Shown piece after piece: positions 13,255 to 24,989 of a stretch of 64,000 bases of DNA. Under the pieces are notes generated by a model. That model saw only the letters and a list, made by a program, of their open reading frames with translations. It did no database searches and was not told where the DNA came from. The stretch is from NCBI RefSeq assembly GCF_004010195.1, contig NC_057752.1, positions 13,999,727 to 14,063,726 on the forward strand. Reading direction: 5' to 3'. The stretch is from Chiloscyllium plagiosum. Lineage: Eukaryota. The position numbers and the translations under genes were made by a program. Every line of letters starts with the position of its first letter. Within the stretch, counting starts at the first letter, position 1.

Positions 13255-13445
13255 TTTTTTTCAATTCTCTCATGGGACGTGGGTGTTGCTGGCTGGGGTA
13301 TCATAGTTGTCCATCCCTCATTGTCTCTGAGGAGGTGGTAGTGAGCTGTCTTCTTGAGCTGCTGTAGTCTGTGTGTTGTCGGGACGTGCACACCGTGCTG
13401 TTAAGGCGAGTTCAGGATTTTGACCCGGCGACACTGAAGGAATGG
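13255..13445 (-). mobile_element. CR1 (second family) 3' end
   Basis: PTTHRLQQLKKTAHYHLLR matches the 58550-58890 copy. Confidence 0.65.
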
Positions 13446-14543
13446 CTGGCAGTGGCGAGACGCTGAATGCAGCCTCATTTAAACGGACACTTGCTGCTCA
13501 TTGCCTGTCAATTATTGGCAGGTCGAATGAGAGGCAGCTGAGCTCACCACATGACACAGCCAGAAGGTCACTGAGTTCGCTGTTCACTCATATACTCAGG
13601 GTTCAAGCATATACTCGAGTGAAACTCTGAAGGAGTGCTGAACTATCAGAGGCGCTGGCTTCAGTGGAGACCTTAGAGTGAAGCCGCCCAGCTACCTTCT
13701 TCCGGCGGATTTCAGTGGGATCTTGCTCACGTGGAATAGATACATTGGCCTCCTGTCTGTCACACCGGATGTGCGGCTCTCTTTACAAGGTGCTTGTTTC
13801 GTGGTCGATGCTTGTGCTTTCAAGGCAAGGAACAATACGTTCTTTTTAGGGCATCAAGGGATAAGGAGCAAAGGTTGATGGGAGTTGAGGTTGCTATTGG
13901 CTCTGATCTGATTAAATGGTGGGCGGCTTTGCATGGTTGAGTATCTGGTCCTATTGTGCCCAAATTGCCCGCAAAGTTCAATAGTGCTCAATCTGCTTCA
14001 GTGCACAGTGTTAAATACAGGCATCTATATATGTATATTTATTGAGGAAAGGCATCTTTTTTTTTCTTCATTCATTGCCCATTTCCCAGAAGACAGTTAA
14101 GAGTCAGCCACTTTGGCTGTGGGTCTGGAAGGGAAGGATGGCAGATTTCCTTCCCCAAAGGGAACCAGATGGAGTTTTCCAACAATCATAGTCATCATTA
14201 AACTCTTCAAAATTAAGGCTTTCATTGAACTCAAACTCTACCTTCGGGCATGGCAGGACTTGAACTTGGGGCTTACAGATAAGTAGTCAGGCAATAACAC
14301 CAGTAGGCCATCACCTCCCCTATCGGCTATTGGTCTGAGGATTGGGGAGGGTGGCGGATTTGGGTACAGCCTGAGCTTGGAGACGCCCTTTTGTTTCATG
14401 AGACGATGCTGTCGGCAGTCAGCCGAGCCGGATCACAACAGAACGAGCCTCTCGGTTAACAAAATGGGCACTTGTGAGAAAGAAACAACAGCCCAGCTGT
14501 GTTTCTCATTTAGCTTTTGGAATGCACCCAAACCTTAAATTGT

Positions 14544-14618
14544 TAGCGCCCCCTGCCGAAGCTGGGCTATATTTAGCCACAGTGGGTGTCTTCTGCTGGT
14601 TGATGTTAGACGGAAGTG
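14544..14618. promoter_or_regulatory. Candidate CTCF, MEF2 and ETS motif cluster in repeat-free DNA
   Basis: TAGCGCCCCCTGCCGA (14544-59), CTATATTTAG (14567-76), CGGAAGTG (14611-18). Confidence 0.4.
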
Positions 14619-15349
14619 GAGTTGACAGCATCTGGTTCCAATGTTCGGGAAACTAAACAGGAACCGCTTGGTGCCCTCTTGTGTTAATCAGTCATTTGGT
14701 TCACAGACTTTTGGCTGGCTGAATCCATTTTCCCTAAACCCCCTTTTCGTTTTTATGAATTGGCAACGGTTTCAAAGTTGGCGGGCATGAGCCACTGGCA
14801 TTTCTGCCCGCATGCCAGCGGTAGGGAAGAATCTTGGGGAGGACGCTTTTGTTTTGACCAACTTCGGAGTTTTTCCAGATCGGTTTTGTGTGGAGTCTTC
14901 GAGAGAAGTCGGGTTCACGTCGTGCTGTGACTCAATAACGACAGACACGGGGCCAGGGATCTTTTTAAGAGCGCCAGCTCGAAAGGTCAAGTGACAGGGT
15001 CAAGCTGGAACCAACTCTGCCATCCTCATTTGTAATTTATCATCCAATTCTAACCTCATTAGTCTTGTTCAAAAAATATTGAAACGGTATTATAGGGCTA
15101 TTTCAAACCTTCTCTTTTGACATCTGTTGGCATCAATAATGGCTGAGGTACCTCAAGGAGTCAAGAAGCAGTCTTTTGCGAGGTCAAAATGGAAACTCCC
15201 TCTTCTGATGGTTCAACACCAAACGACAACCTTTTGCTTTCTCTGTTGCCAGAATATGGACAGTGCTGGCAAGGCCAGTTATTGCCCAGCCCAGGGCTGT
15301 TCCGAGGACACTAGGGGTCAGGTGTGGGACTGGAATTACATGCAGCCAT

Positions 15350-15730
15350 GGAGTCATACAGCACGGAAACAGACCCTTCGGTCCCAACCTGTCCATGCTG
15401 ACCAGATATCCTCACCTCATCTAGTCCCATTTCCCAGCATTTGGCCCATTTCCCTCCAAACCCTTCCTATTCATATACCCACCCAGATGCCTTTTAAACG
15501 CTGTAATTGTACCAGCCTCCACCACTTCCTCTGGCAGCTCATTCCATACATGTACCACCCTCTGTGTGAAAAAGGTGCCCCTTAGGTCCCTTTTATATTT
15601 TTCCCCTCTCACCCTAAACCTATGCCCTCTAGTTCTGGACTCCCCCATCCCAGGGAAGAGACTTTGTCTATTTGTCCTTTCCATGCCCCTCAGATTTTAT
15701 AAACTACTATAAGGTCACCCCTCAGCCTCC
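15350..15730 (-). mobile_element. CR1 3' end
   Basis: SRTRGHRFRVRGEKYKRDLRGTFFTQRVVHVWNELP. Confidence 0.92.
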
Positions 15731-16129
15731 CGAAATGTTGACTTCTCCATCTCCTGATTCTACCTGGCTTGCTATGCTCTTCCAGCCTCCTGCTTGTCTT
15801 GCCTTGGAATCCAGCAATCCATCCACCAATAATCCAAAGTTGCCAATAATCTTTCGTTAGTGCACTGGATCCCCCCCACCATTATGCATCCAATTTTGCC
15901 AGCAGTTTATTGATATGACTTATGTCAGTTTTTACATTGGACTGATTGGCTTGGTGAGGGGCAGAGTAGAAGGGACACATCTGATAGTATTACCCAGTCT
16001 AAAAACAATTCCTGAAAGCATTAGTAAGTGTCTATCCCTATGGACTGCAATAGGGCCTGATGCCCGGTGTTTGTTCGTGGCATGAACATGCCACTCTCTG
16101 CTTCCAATGTTGGAGGAAAAAATAGAGGG

Positions 16130-16425
16130 GCCTTCTATCTCTTTCACCTGCTTCCATTGGGCAGAAGATACATAAGGTTGAAAACACATACTAACAGATT
16201 CAAGAACAGCTTCTTCGCTGCAGTTATAAGGCTTATGAACGGCCCTCTCATATATTAGAGTGGATCTTTCTCTGCACTGTCTCTGTAGTTGGAACACTGT
16301 ATTCTGCATTCTGTTCTAACACCCTGATGCACTTGTGTAAGGTATGTTTTGGCAGGATAGCATGCAAACCAATATTTTTCACTGTATCTTGGTATGTGTG
16401 ACAATAACAAATCAAGTCAAATCAT
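16130..16425 (+). mobile_element. Rex1/Babar-type LINE 3' end
   Basis: LLPLGRRYIRLKTHTNRFKNSFFAAVIRLMN plus a (AAATC)n-like tail. Confidence 0.8.
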
Positions 16426-16869
16426 TGCAACAGAAATTGGATGAATAACCAATCTCCATGTGATTTCAGGGTAGCTGGGAGGATGAACATCCGAACAGAG
16501 AGCCCAAGTCTCAGCCAGCAAGGTATCACCAATGCACGGTGGCTCAGTGGTGGGCACTGCTGCCTCACAGCGCCAGGGGCCTGGGTTTGATTCCAGCCTT
16601 GAGTGACTGTCTGTGGGGTGGGGATTTGCACATTCTCCCCGTGTCTGTGTGGGTATCCTCCTTCAGTCCAAAGATTTGCAAGTTAGGGTGGATTGGCCAT
16701 GCTAAATTGTCCCATAGTGCTCAGGGATGTGCAGGTTAGGGGGGATTGGCCATTCTAAATTGTCCCATAGTGCCCAGGGATGTGTAGGGTAGGTGGATTG
16801 ACCATGCTAAATTGCCCCATAGAGCTCCTAGGATGTGCAGGTTAGGAGGGATTGGCCATGCTAAATTGT

Positions 16870-16959
16870 CCTGAAGAAGGGCATGTGCCCGAAACGTCGA
16901 ATCTTCTGTTCCCTAGATGCTGCCTGACCTGCTGTGCTGTTCCAGCAATAAAGTTTCAA
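16870..16959 (+). ncRNA. PLE end with hammerhead motif, within the array
   Basis: CTGAAGA-A-GGGC-ATGT-GCCC-GAAACGTC (16871-98). Confidence 0.68.
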
Positions 16960-18611
16960 NNNNNNNNNNNNNNNNNNNNNNNNNNNNNNNNNNNNNNNNN
17001 NNNNNNNNNNGATTGGCCATGCTAAAATTCCCCCAAATTCTCCTAGGATGTGCAGGTTAGGGTGGATTGGCCATGCTAAATTGCCCCATAGTGCTCCTAG
17101 GATGTGCAGGTTAGGGTGGATTGGCTATGCTAAACTCTCCCATAGTGCCCAGGGATGTGCACGTTAGGGTGGATTGGCCATGCTAAATTGTCCCATAGTG
17201 TCCAGGGATGTGTAGTTTAGGGTGGATTGGCCATGCTAAATTGTCCCGTAGTGACAAGGAATGTACAGGTTAGGGTGGATTGGCCATGCTAAATTGCCCC
17301 ATAGTGCCCAGGGATGTGCAGGTTAGGGTGGATTGGCCATGCTAAGTTGTCCCATCGTGGCCTGAAATGTGCAGGTTAGGGTGGATTGACCATGCTAAAT
17401 TGTCCCATAGTGTCCAGGGATGTGCAGGTTAGGGTGGATTGGCCATGCTAAATTGTCAAATAGTGTCCAGGGATGTGCAGGTTAGGGTGGATTGGCCTTA
17501 GGTGGATTGGCCATGCAAAATTGTCCCATAGTGTCCAGGGATGTGCAGGTTAGGGTGGATTGGCCGTGCTAAATTGCCCCATAGTGCTCTTAGGATGTGC
17601 AGGTTAGGATGGATTGGCCATGCTAAATTTTCCCGTAGTGCCCAGGGATGTGCAGGTTAGGGATGGATTGGCCTTGCTAAATTGTCCCATAGAGCTCCTA
17701 GGATGTGTAGGTTAGGGTGGATTGGCCGTGCTAAATTGTCCCATAGTGCTCCTAGGATGTGCAGGTTAGGGTGTATTCGCCATGCTAAATTACACCATAG
17801 TATCCAGGGATGTGCAGGTTAGGGTGGATTGGCCATGCTAAATTGTGCCATAGTGCCCAGGGCTGTGCAGGTTCGGGTAGATTGGCCATGCTAAATTGCC
17901 CCATAGTGTCCAGGGATGTGCAGGTTAGGGTGGATTGGTCATGCTAATTGCCCCATAGTGTCCAGGGATGTGCAGGTTAGGGTGGATTGGCCGTGCTAAA
18001 ATGTCCCATAGTGCACAGGGCTGTGCAGGTTAGGGTAGATTGGCCATGCTAAATTGCCCCATAGTGTCCAGGGATGTGCAGGTTAGGGTGGATTGGTCAT
18101 GCTAAATTGTCCCATAGTGCTCCTAGGATGTGCAGGTTAGGGTGAGTTGGCCATGCTAAATTGTACCATAGTGCCCAGGGATGTGCAGGTTAGGGTGGAT
18201 TGCTCATGCTAAATTGTCCCATAGTGTCCAGGGATGTGCAGGTTAGGGTGGATTGGCCATGCTAAATTGTCCCATAGTGCCCAGGGATGTGCTGGTTAGG
18301 GATGGTTTGGCCATGCTAAATTGTCCCATAGTGCCCAGGGATGTGCTGGTTAGGGATGGTTTGGCCGTGCTAAATTGTCCCGTAGTACCCAGGGATGTGC
18401 AAGTTAGGGATGGATTGGCCGTGCTAAATTGTCCCATAGTGTCCAGGGTGGTGCAGGTTAGGGTGGATTGGCCATGCTAAATTGTCCCATAGTGTCCAAG
18501 AATGTGCAGGTTAGGGTGAATTGGCCGTACTAAACTGTCCCATAGTGTCCAGGGATGTGCAGGTTAGGGTGGATTGGCCGTGCTAAATTGCCCCATTGTG
18601 CCCAGGGATGT

Positions 18612-19270
18612 GCAATTCAGCTTGGCCATAAAGACTGCACCAATCTTTCTAGATGCACCACAGAAAGCATCCTATCCGAGTGCATCACGGCTTAGTACAG
18701 CAACTGCTCTGCCCAGGACCGTAAGAAACTACAGGGAGCTGTGAGCACAGCCCAGTCCCTCACCCAACCCAACCTTCCATCCAGTGACTCCGTCTACACT
18801 TCCCACTGCCTCGGGAAGGCAGCAACATCATCAAAGACCCCTCCCGCCCCGGGTACACTCGCTTCCAACCTCTTCCGTCAGGCAGAAGATACAGAAACTT
18901 AAACACATGTGCCAACAGATTCAAGAACAGCTTCTTCCCCGCTGTTATCAGGCTGCTGAATGGACCTCTCAAATGTTATATTTAAATGTTGATCCTGCTG
19001 TTTGTGTGCCCTCTCTGCTGCAGTAACATTACATCCCTCGCTCTGCTCTGTCACCCTAATGCACATCGTGTGATTAAATTAGATTACTTAGATTAGATTA
19101 GATTAGATTACTTACAGTGTGGAAACAGGCCCTTCGGCCCAACAAGTCCACACCGACCCGCCGAAGCGTAACCCACCCATACCCCTACATTTACCCCTTT
19201 ACCTAACACTACGGGCAATTTAGCATGGCCAATTCACCTGACTTGCACATCTTTGGACTGTGGGAGGAAA
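18612..19270 (+). repeat. Near-identical copy of 20648-21305 (Rex1 fragment plus SINE tail)
   Basis: Identical ORF translations offset by 2036 bp; abuts an N-gap. Confidence 0.92.
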
Positions 19271-19999
19271 NNNNNNNNNNNNNNNNNNNNNNNNNNNNNN
19301 NNNNNNNNNNNNNNNNNNNNNNNNNNNNNNNNNNNNNNNNNNNNNNNNNNNNNNNNNNNNNNNNNNNNNNNNNNNNNNNNNNNNNNNNNNNNNNNNNNNN
19401 NNNNNNNNNNNNNNNNNNNNNNNNNNNNNNNNNNNNNNNNNNNNNNGTCCCATAGTGCCCAGGGATGTGCAGTTAGGGTGGGATTGGCCATGCTAAATTG
19501 TCCCATAGTGCCCAGGGATGTGCAGGTTAGGGTGGATTGGCCATGCTAAATTGTCCCATAGTGCCCAGGGATGTGCAGGCTAGGTGGATTAGCTGTGGGG
19601 AACGCAGGGTTACAGGGATGAGGTATTTGGGTGCGATGCTCCTCTTCGGAGGGTCGGTGCGGATTCGATGGCCCACATGGCCTGCTTCTCCTCTATTGGG
19701 AACTTCTGAAGGTTGAAAGGAAATGACGGTTGAGAAGCAGCAGGAAGGAGACTTCAACTTTAGGAATGAGTGTGAAGTGGTGAAGTCCGCGAGGAAACAG
19801 GCCAATATCGCAATATCGCAAGAACGCAATCGATGTCACGCCAAACCTTTCCAATAACACTGTCCAGCTGGGCTACGGGATCCCATCTGGAAGGCTGTGC
19901 ATGAGTAAAGGGCGCCGGAGACATGGTGGGGGAGAGGTGCCAGGGATGAAGGCATTGAAGAAGCTGGGACTGTTTTCCTTTGAGCAGAGAAGATTAATA

Positions 20000-20473
20000 T
20001 CCTCAAGATGGCGGCAGTGGGGGAAGCTCCTGATTTTGGGGCTCAGCCGCTCATGGACACCATACAGCATCCACACCACTGGGCCCCAGATCCATGGCTG
20101 GCTCTGTCTCTGTGTTGGTGTTTGAGGAGCCCAGAGCTCGGACCCTGGAGGAGCATTGGCAGGAGGGGGGATGACAGTGGAGCAAGAGGTATGAGACCAG
20201 GCCATTGGCTCCAACTTGGATGTGGTGGTTGTGGGAGAGACAGTGACGGCTACAGGCAGCACCTGTATCCAACACCCTGGAGCCCGTTACTGAGACCCCA
20301 GCCGATGTCAAGCAGCTACGGAGGGTCACAAGAAGCAGAGGGTAAGAGGAACTATCTCGCATTATAGTCAGCGTTTCAAGATGGCGCTGGAGTGTGGCGC
20401 CATTGCATTTTGCGCTTCAAAACATACTTTTCACTGTGTTTATCGATACATGTGACAATAAATCTAAATCTAA
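20000..20473 (+). mobile_element. Non-coding element with Rex1-like tail inserted in a CR1 fragment
   Basis: Starts CAAGATGGCGGC and ends TTTTCACTGTG...CATGTGACAATAAATCTAAATCTAA; the flanks join into CR1 ORF2 sequence. Confidence 0.55.
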
Positions 20474-20574
20474 GACTGGGAGAAGTTTCGGAGAGGAGTT
20501 AAAGTCATGAGGAAGTTTGATAGAGTTGAGAGGAAGAAACTGTTTCCACTTGCAGCAGGATTGGTAACCAGATC

Positions 20575-21540
20575 TGTCCTGGTCCACTCACGTTGATGTA
20601 ATGGTCAAAAAGGCACAACAATGCCTCTACTTCCTCAGGAGGCTAAAGCAATTCAGCTTGGCCATAAAGACTGCACCAATTTTTCTAGATGCACCACAGA
20701 AAGCATCCTATCCGAGTGCATCACGGCTTGGTACAGCAACTGCTCTGCCCAGGACCGTAAGAAACTACAGGGAGCTGTGAGCACAGCCCAGTCCCTCACC
20801 CAACCCAACCTTCCATCCAGTGACTCCGTCTACACTTCCCACTGCCTCGGGAAGGCAGCAACATCATCAAAGACCCCTCCCGCCCCGGGTACACTCGCTT
20901 CCAACCTCTTCCGTCAGGCAGAAGATACAGAAACTTAAACACATGTGCCAACAGATTCAAGAACAGCTTCTTCCCCGCTGTTATCAGGCTGCTGAATGGA
21001 CCTCTCAAATGTTATATTTAAATGTTGATCCTGCTGTTTGTGTGCCCTCTCTGCTGCAGTAACATTACATCCCTCGCTCTGCTCTGTCACCCTAATGCAC
21101 ATCGTGTGATTAAATTAGATTACTTAGATTAGATTAGATTAGATTACTTACAGTGTGGAAACAGGCCCTTCGGCCCAACAAGTCCACACCGACCCGCCGA
21201 AGCGTAACCCACCCATACCCCTACATTTACCCCTTACCTAACACTACGGGCAATTTAGCATGGCCAATTCACCTAACCTGCACATCTTTGGACTGTGGGA
21301 GGAAACCGGAGCACCCGGAGGAAACCCACGCAGACACGGGGAGAATGTGCAAACTCCACACAGTCAGTCGCCTGAGTCGGGAATTGAACCCGGGTCTCTG
21401 GCGCTGCGAGGCAGCAGTGCTAACAACTGTGCCACCGTGCCGCCCACAATGATCTCGCCGTGCTGCACGCAAAACAAACCTTTTCACTGTACCTAGGTAC
21501 ATGTGACAATCATAAATCAAATCAAATCAAATCAAATCAG
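20575..21540 (+). mobile_element. Rex1/Babar-type LINE 3' part interrupted by a SINE
   Basis: CTTESILSECITAWYSNCSAQDRKKLQ...RFKNSFFPAVIRLLN; (AAATC)n tail at ~21515-21538. Confidence 0.85.
21115..21447 (-). mobile_element. HE1/V-SINE, full length, young
   Basis: Complete head, core and (TTAGA)n tail. Confidence 0.93.
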
Positions 21541-21609
21541 AGGGGGCGACAAGCAGCGAAACAACCCGAAGGAAAACGAGGAGATTTGGGGAAAAGGGTG
21601 AGATGGTGT

Positions 21610-21930
21610 CAGCCTTGGCTCTGTGCGGGTAATCACTGGAGTCCGGGGAGAGCCGGTTCAAGTCTTAACCCAAAGACTCGAATCGCAAAATCTTGGCTGA
21701 CACTCTGGTGCAGTCTCCTGGATAAGATCATGTTGCATTGTTCAAAGAGCAGCAAAGTTTCCATCCCCCAGCTGAGGTCCTGACCAGCAGAACTGGAATG
21801 AATTAGCTGACCGACGTCCCATTACTGGCTGCGGGAGCTTGCTCTGAGAAAATTGTCTACCGCATGACAACAGTAACCATGCCTCCCATTGGCTGTAAAC
21901 TGTGATGCAAACGTGAGCTTGCCCTTTTGG
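21610..21930 (+). mobile_element. Old DeuSINE/SacSINE1-like SINE
   Basis: GGTTCAAGTC...GGCTGACACTCTGGTGCAG...GCGGGAGCTTGCTCTGAGAAAATTG resembles the Deu core. Confidence 0.5.
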
Positions 21931-21944
21931 ATATGATATCTGCT

Positions 21945-22515
21945 TTGCTAAACCACCTGGCGTGGGGCAGCTGCCGCCAAGGTATCGTGGGGAAACCTGA
22001 GGTCTCCTTGCTGAAGTTAAATGATCCTGACTCTGGACCTTTGTGTATCTATTCGAGCCCAGCACACTGCCAGCAGAAAGGGAAAATCTGCCAAGCAAGT
22101 GCGGGCGATGTGAGAGGGAGCTGGCTGAATGCATCGGTCCCATAGCTGATCGGTTATGGGGACCCTTCTAGTGTATAAATGCAGTCTTGTATGTGGAAGA
22201 GATTGGTTGGGATCGAGTCAAACTCCAATGTTTGTTTGTTTGCTACTGGACAGAACCGAACCGCGTTTCTGACTCCGTCTCCAGAGGAACCTTGATTATC
22301 CAAAGTACACGGCCAGGACTACTTTGTTTGGCTAATTGACTGCCAGATAATCGATTGCCAGATAACGCAGTTTAGCCAAGCACTGGGACCTTGTGATCTT
22401 GCCGGATAATCAGATATTCGGACAATCGAATGCCGGATAATCGAGGTTCCTCTGTATGTTCAAAAAGATGTTTTTTAAGAATAAGGTACATTTTTGAAAT
22501 ACAATATAAGAAAAA
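21945..22515 (+). mobile_element. Tx1-type LINE 3' end, interrupted
   Basis: GAAAAKVSWG peptide homologous to the 24619 copy; ends AATAAGGTACATTTTTGAAATA plus an A-rich stretch. Confidence 0.6.
22282..22454. mobile_element. Tigger/pogo-like MITE
   Basis: TIRs CAGAGGAACCTTGATTATCC / GGATAATCGAGGTTCCTCTG followed by TA. Confidence 0.8.
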
Positions 22516-22659
22516 TTAGCAAACCATCCGGTGGCCAGAGTACAGTTGGAAGGGGAGACGTAGCCTGTTCCGTTATCAGAGCCTCAAATACACGTAAAGA
22601 GTATCTTGCTTAAGTAAGAAATACCTCAGGACTTGTTTGTTGGAGAAAGTCAGACTCCA

Positions 22660-22978
22660 GATTAGATTAGAATCCCGACAGTGTGGAAACAGGCCCTTCA
22701 GCCCAACAAGTCCACACCAACCCTCCGAAGAGTAACCCACCCAGACCCATTCCCCTATATATGTACCCTTGACTAATGCAGCTAATACTATGGGTAATTT
22801 CCCATGGCCAATCCACCCTACTCTACACATCTTTGGTTTGTGGGAGGAAACCAGAGCACCCAGAGAAAACCCACGCAGACACAGGGAGAACATGCAAACT
22901 CCACCCAAGTCAGGAATCAAACCCAGGTCCCTGGCGCTAAGAGGCAGCAGTGCTAACCACTGAGCCACCATGCCATCC
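22660..22978 (-). mobile_element. HE1/V-SINE
   Basis: Tail, core and head present. Confidence 0.9.
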
Positions 22979-23177
22979 CAATGTTGGCTTGTTCTCCATT
23001 TGCAAAGGCTGTGGCAGAACTGAACTGCTGTGTACGTGTATCAAGACTTTTTATGAATGAGGCATATTTTTGAAATATAAGAGAAAGTCAGCAAGCCGTC
23101 TGTCCAACCGACTAAGCTAACCGACTTTCCAAACTGTACATCCGGTGCAGGTCATTGGTGGCAGTGCCAAGGGGCGA

Positions 23178-23407
23178 TGATTAGATTAGATTACTTACAG
23201 TGTGGAAACAGGCCCTTCGGCCCAACAAGTCCACACCGNNNNACATCTTTGGACTGTGGGAGGAAACCGGAGCACCCGGAGGAAACCCACGCAGACACGG
23301 GGAGAATGTGCAAACTCCACACAGTCAGTCGCCTGAGGCTGGAATTGAACCCAGGTCTCTGGTGCTGTGAGGCAGCAGTGCTAACCACTGTGCCACCGTG
23401 CCGCCCT
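23178..23407 (-). mobile_element. HE1/V-SINE (small gap inside)
   Basis: Tail, core and head present. Confidence 0.9.
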
Positions 23408-24618
23408 GAATGCCAGTTCCCAGGCTGTGCCAGCGAGAAAGGCAGCTTCCTGCCTCCCTTGGCTTTTGATCTCAGCCTCTCGTCCAAGCCTTCGCTCTTG
23501 GCAAGGGTGTGGAGAGGGGTGGGTGCATGTCTGCGTGCACGTGCGGTGGTGTCCCTCGATTTTGGCACTGAGGTGCACACATCAGAACAGGATATCTGAC
23601 CACGCTTTTTCCGGAAAGAAGGTCAGATTTCCAATCGATCGAAATTAGTTCTCGGGCTGGGCTGGAGGCAGGAGTTGGTGGTCGAACAGCGGTTTTGGTA
23701 ATACAAACAGAACTACACACTGCTTCTCTACACAGGTCTATTTTTGGCCTGTAAGCAGCTGCGAAGCTGCACGTACATGGACTGGTGGTTTTCCTTTATG
23801 CGCCTTGGGGGCTTAGCAACATGAACCACTCTTCCGAGGTGTTGCAGTGTCGTCCATCTGTAATATAGGGAAGCTAATTTGCTCACAGCAAGCTCCATGA
23901 AGCTGCCATGCCATGATGGAGACCAGGGGATAAATTTTGGGAAAATCCACAAAATGGTGCCGATTTATCCTACACATCCACCCAAGACGTCAGGCAAGGT
24001 CTCGATTTAGCATCTCAACTGTATTTATAGGGTAGCACAGCGGTGAGCACTGCTACCTCACTCCGCCTTCCACTTTGGGAGTCAGCGCTGGTTTAAAATT
24101 CCAGAATGTCCACTCTTGCTGACCTCTCTCAATGTCCCCCACTGGGCAACGGCCAAAGCGCACGCGGGCACCAACTGAGGTTGGCGTGGGAAGGAAGCGA
24201 ACGATGCGGCCGCAGGCAGGGAATGCCAGCTGTGAGCGCTTGTTGTGGGCTCCCCCCCCCCCCCCCGCCCCCGAGAGCCCGAAGGGATCAGAAGGAAGAC
24301 AAGGTTTTGCAGAAGGAGCCGTGAGGCGTCATTTGAAGGGCATGAGAATGAGGCCACGCAGAAGTGGGTAAAGGACGAACGATTTGCATCTGAGAGACAT
24401 CAAAAATGGGAAGTGCAGAGAAGCCAAAAGGCGGGGCAGTTATAGGGACATAAACTTCCCCATTTCGCCTGGCTTCCTCTTTTCAGTCATGTACCTCACT
24501 AAATAAACACAGTCACTAGGATGGGGTTGGTAAAGAACTCTGTACAGGAGACACACTCCATTTAAGCCGCGGTGAGGGACTTGTGTCGTAGCAAATGGCG
24601 AGCATCAGATTTGAAGAG

Positions 24619-24989
24619 GGGCAGTCCGAAACCTGTTGATCTTCCAGCTGAAGGAGTTGACCCCGACTGAGTGTTACAGACTGGCACCTTCCAAGGCCCA
24701 GGACTACGGATGCACTGAAGCTTGGGGCAGCTGCCGCCAAGGCGCGGTGGGGAAAAACCACCATGTAACATCTGCCTGCCTAAGCACAGGGGGCCTACGC
24801 AGTTATTTGGGCTCTGCTGACGCCTCAGCTAAATATATGGGCATATGATTGATAAACGTACAGACCTGTATATAAAAATGATGAATTCTGATCTCTGTAT
24901 GCAAATGTTTACGTATGTCTGGCATGACCAACTGTACAGACCATCAAATTATTTTATGAATAAAGTATATTTTTGAAATTAAAAAAAAT
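24619..24989 (+). mobile_element. 5'-truncated Tx1-type LINE with poly(A) and 15-bp TSD
   Basis: RNLLIFQLKELTPTECYRLA...DALKLGAAAAKARWGKTTM*; AATAAA and A-tail; TSD ATCAGATTTGAAGAG at 24604-18 and 24990-25004. Confidence 0.85.

Larger units (their letters stand above)
16533..19710 (+). repeat. HE1/V-SINE whose internal 53-bp segment is expanded into a tandem array
   Basis: SINE head at 16533, array of GGGATGTGCAGGTTAGGGTGGATTGGCCATGCTAAATTGTCCCATAGTGCCCA at ~16675-18611 and 19447-19590, then SINE tail to ~19710. Confidence 0.9.

Noticed and set aside
16675..18611. CRISPR-like array
   Set aside because: There are no unique spacers; the unit is SINE-derived and the context is eukaryotic. The same applies to the arrays at 32250 and 35585.
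21963..24742. Shared TGGGGCAGCTGCCGCCAAGG (AWGSCRQG) as duplicated exons
   Set aside because: In another frame it is the GAAAAK C-terminus of Tx1 ORF2.
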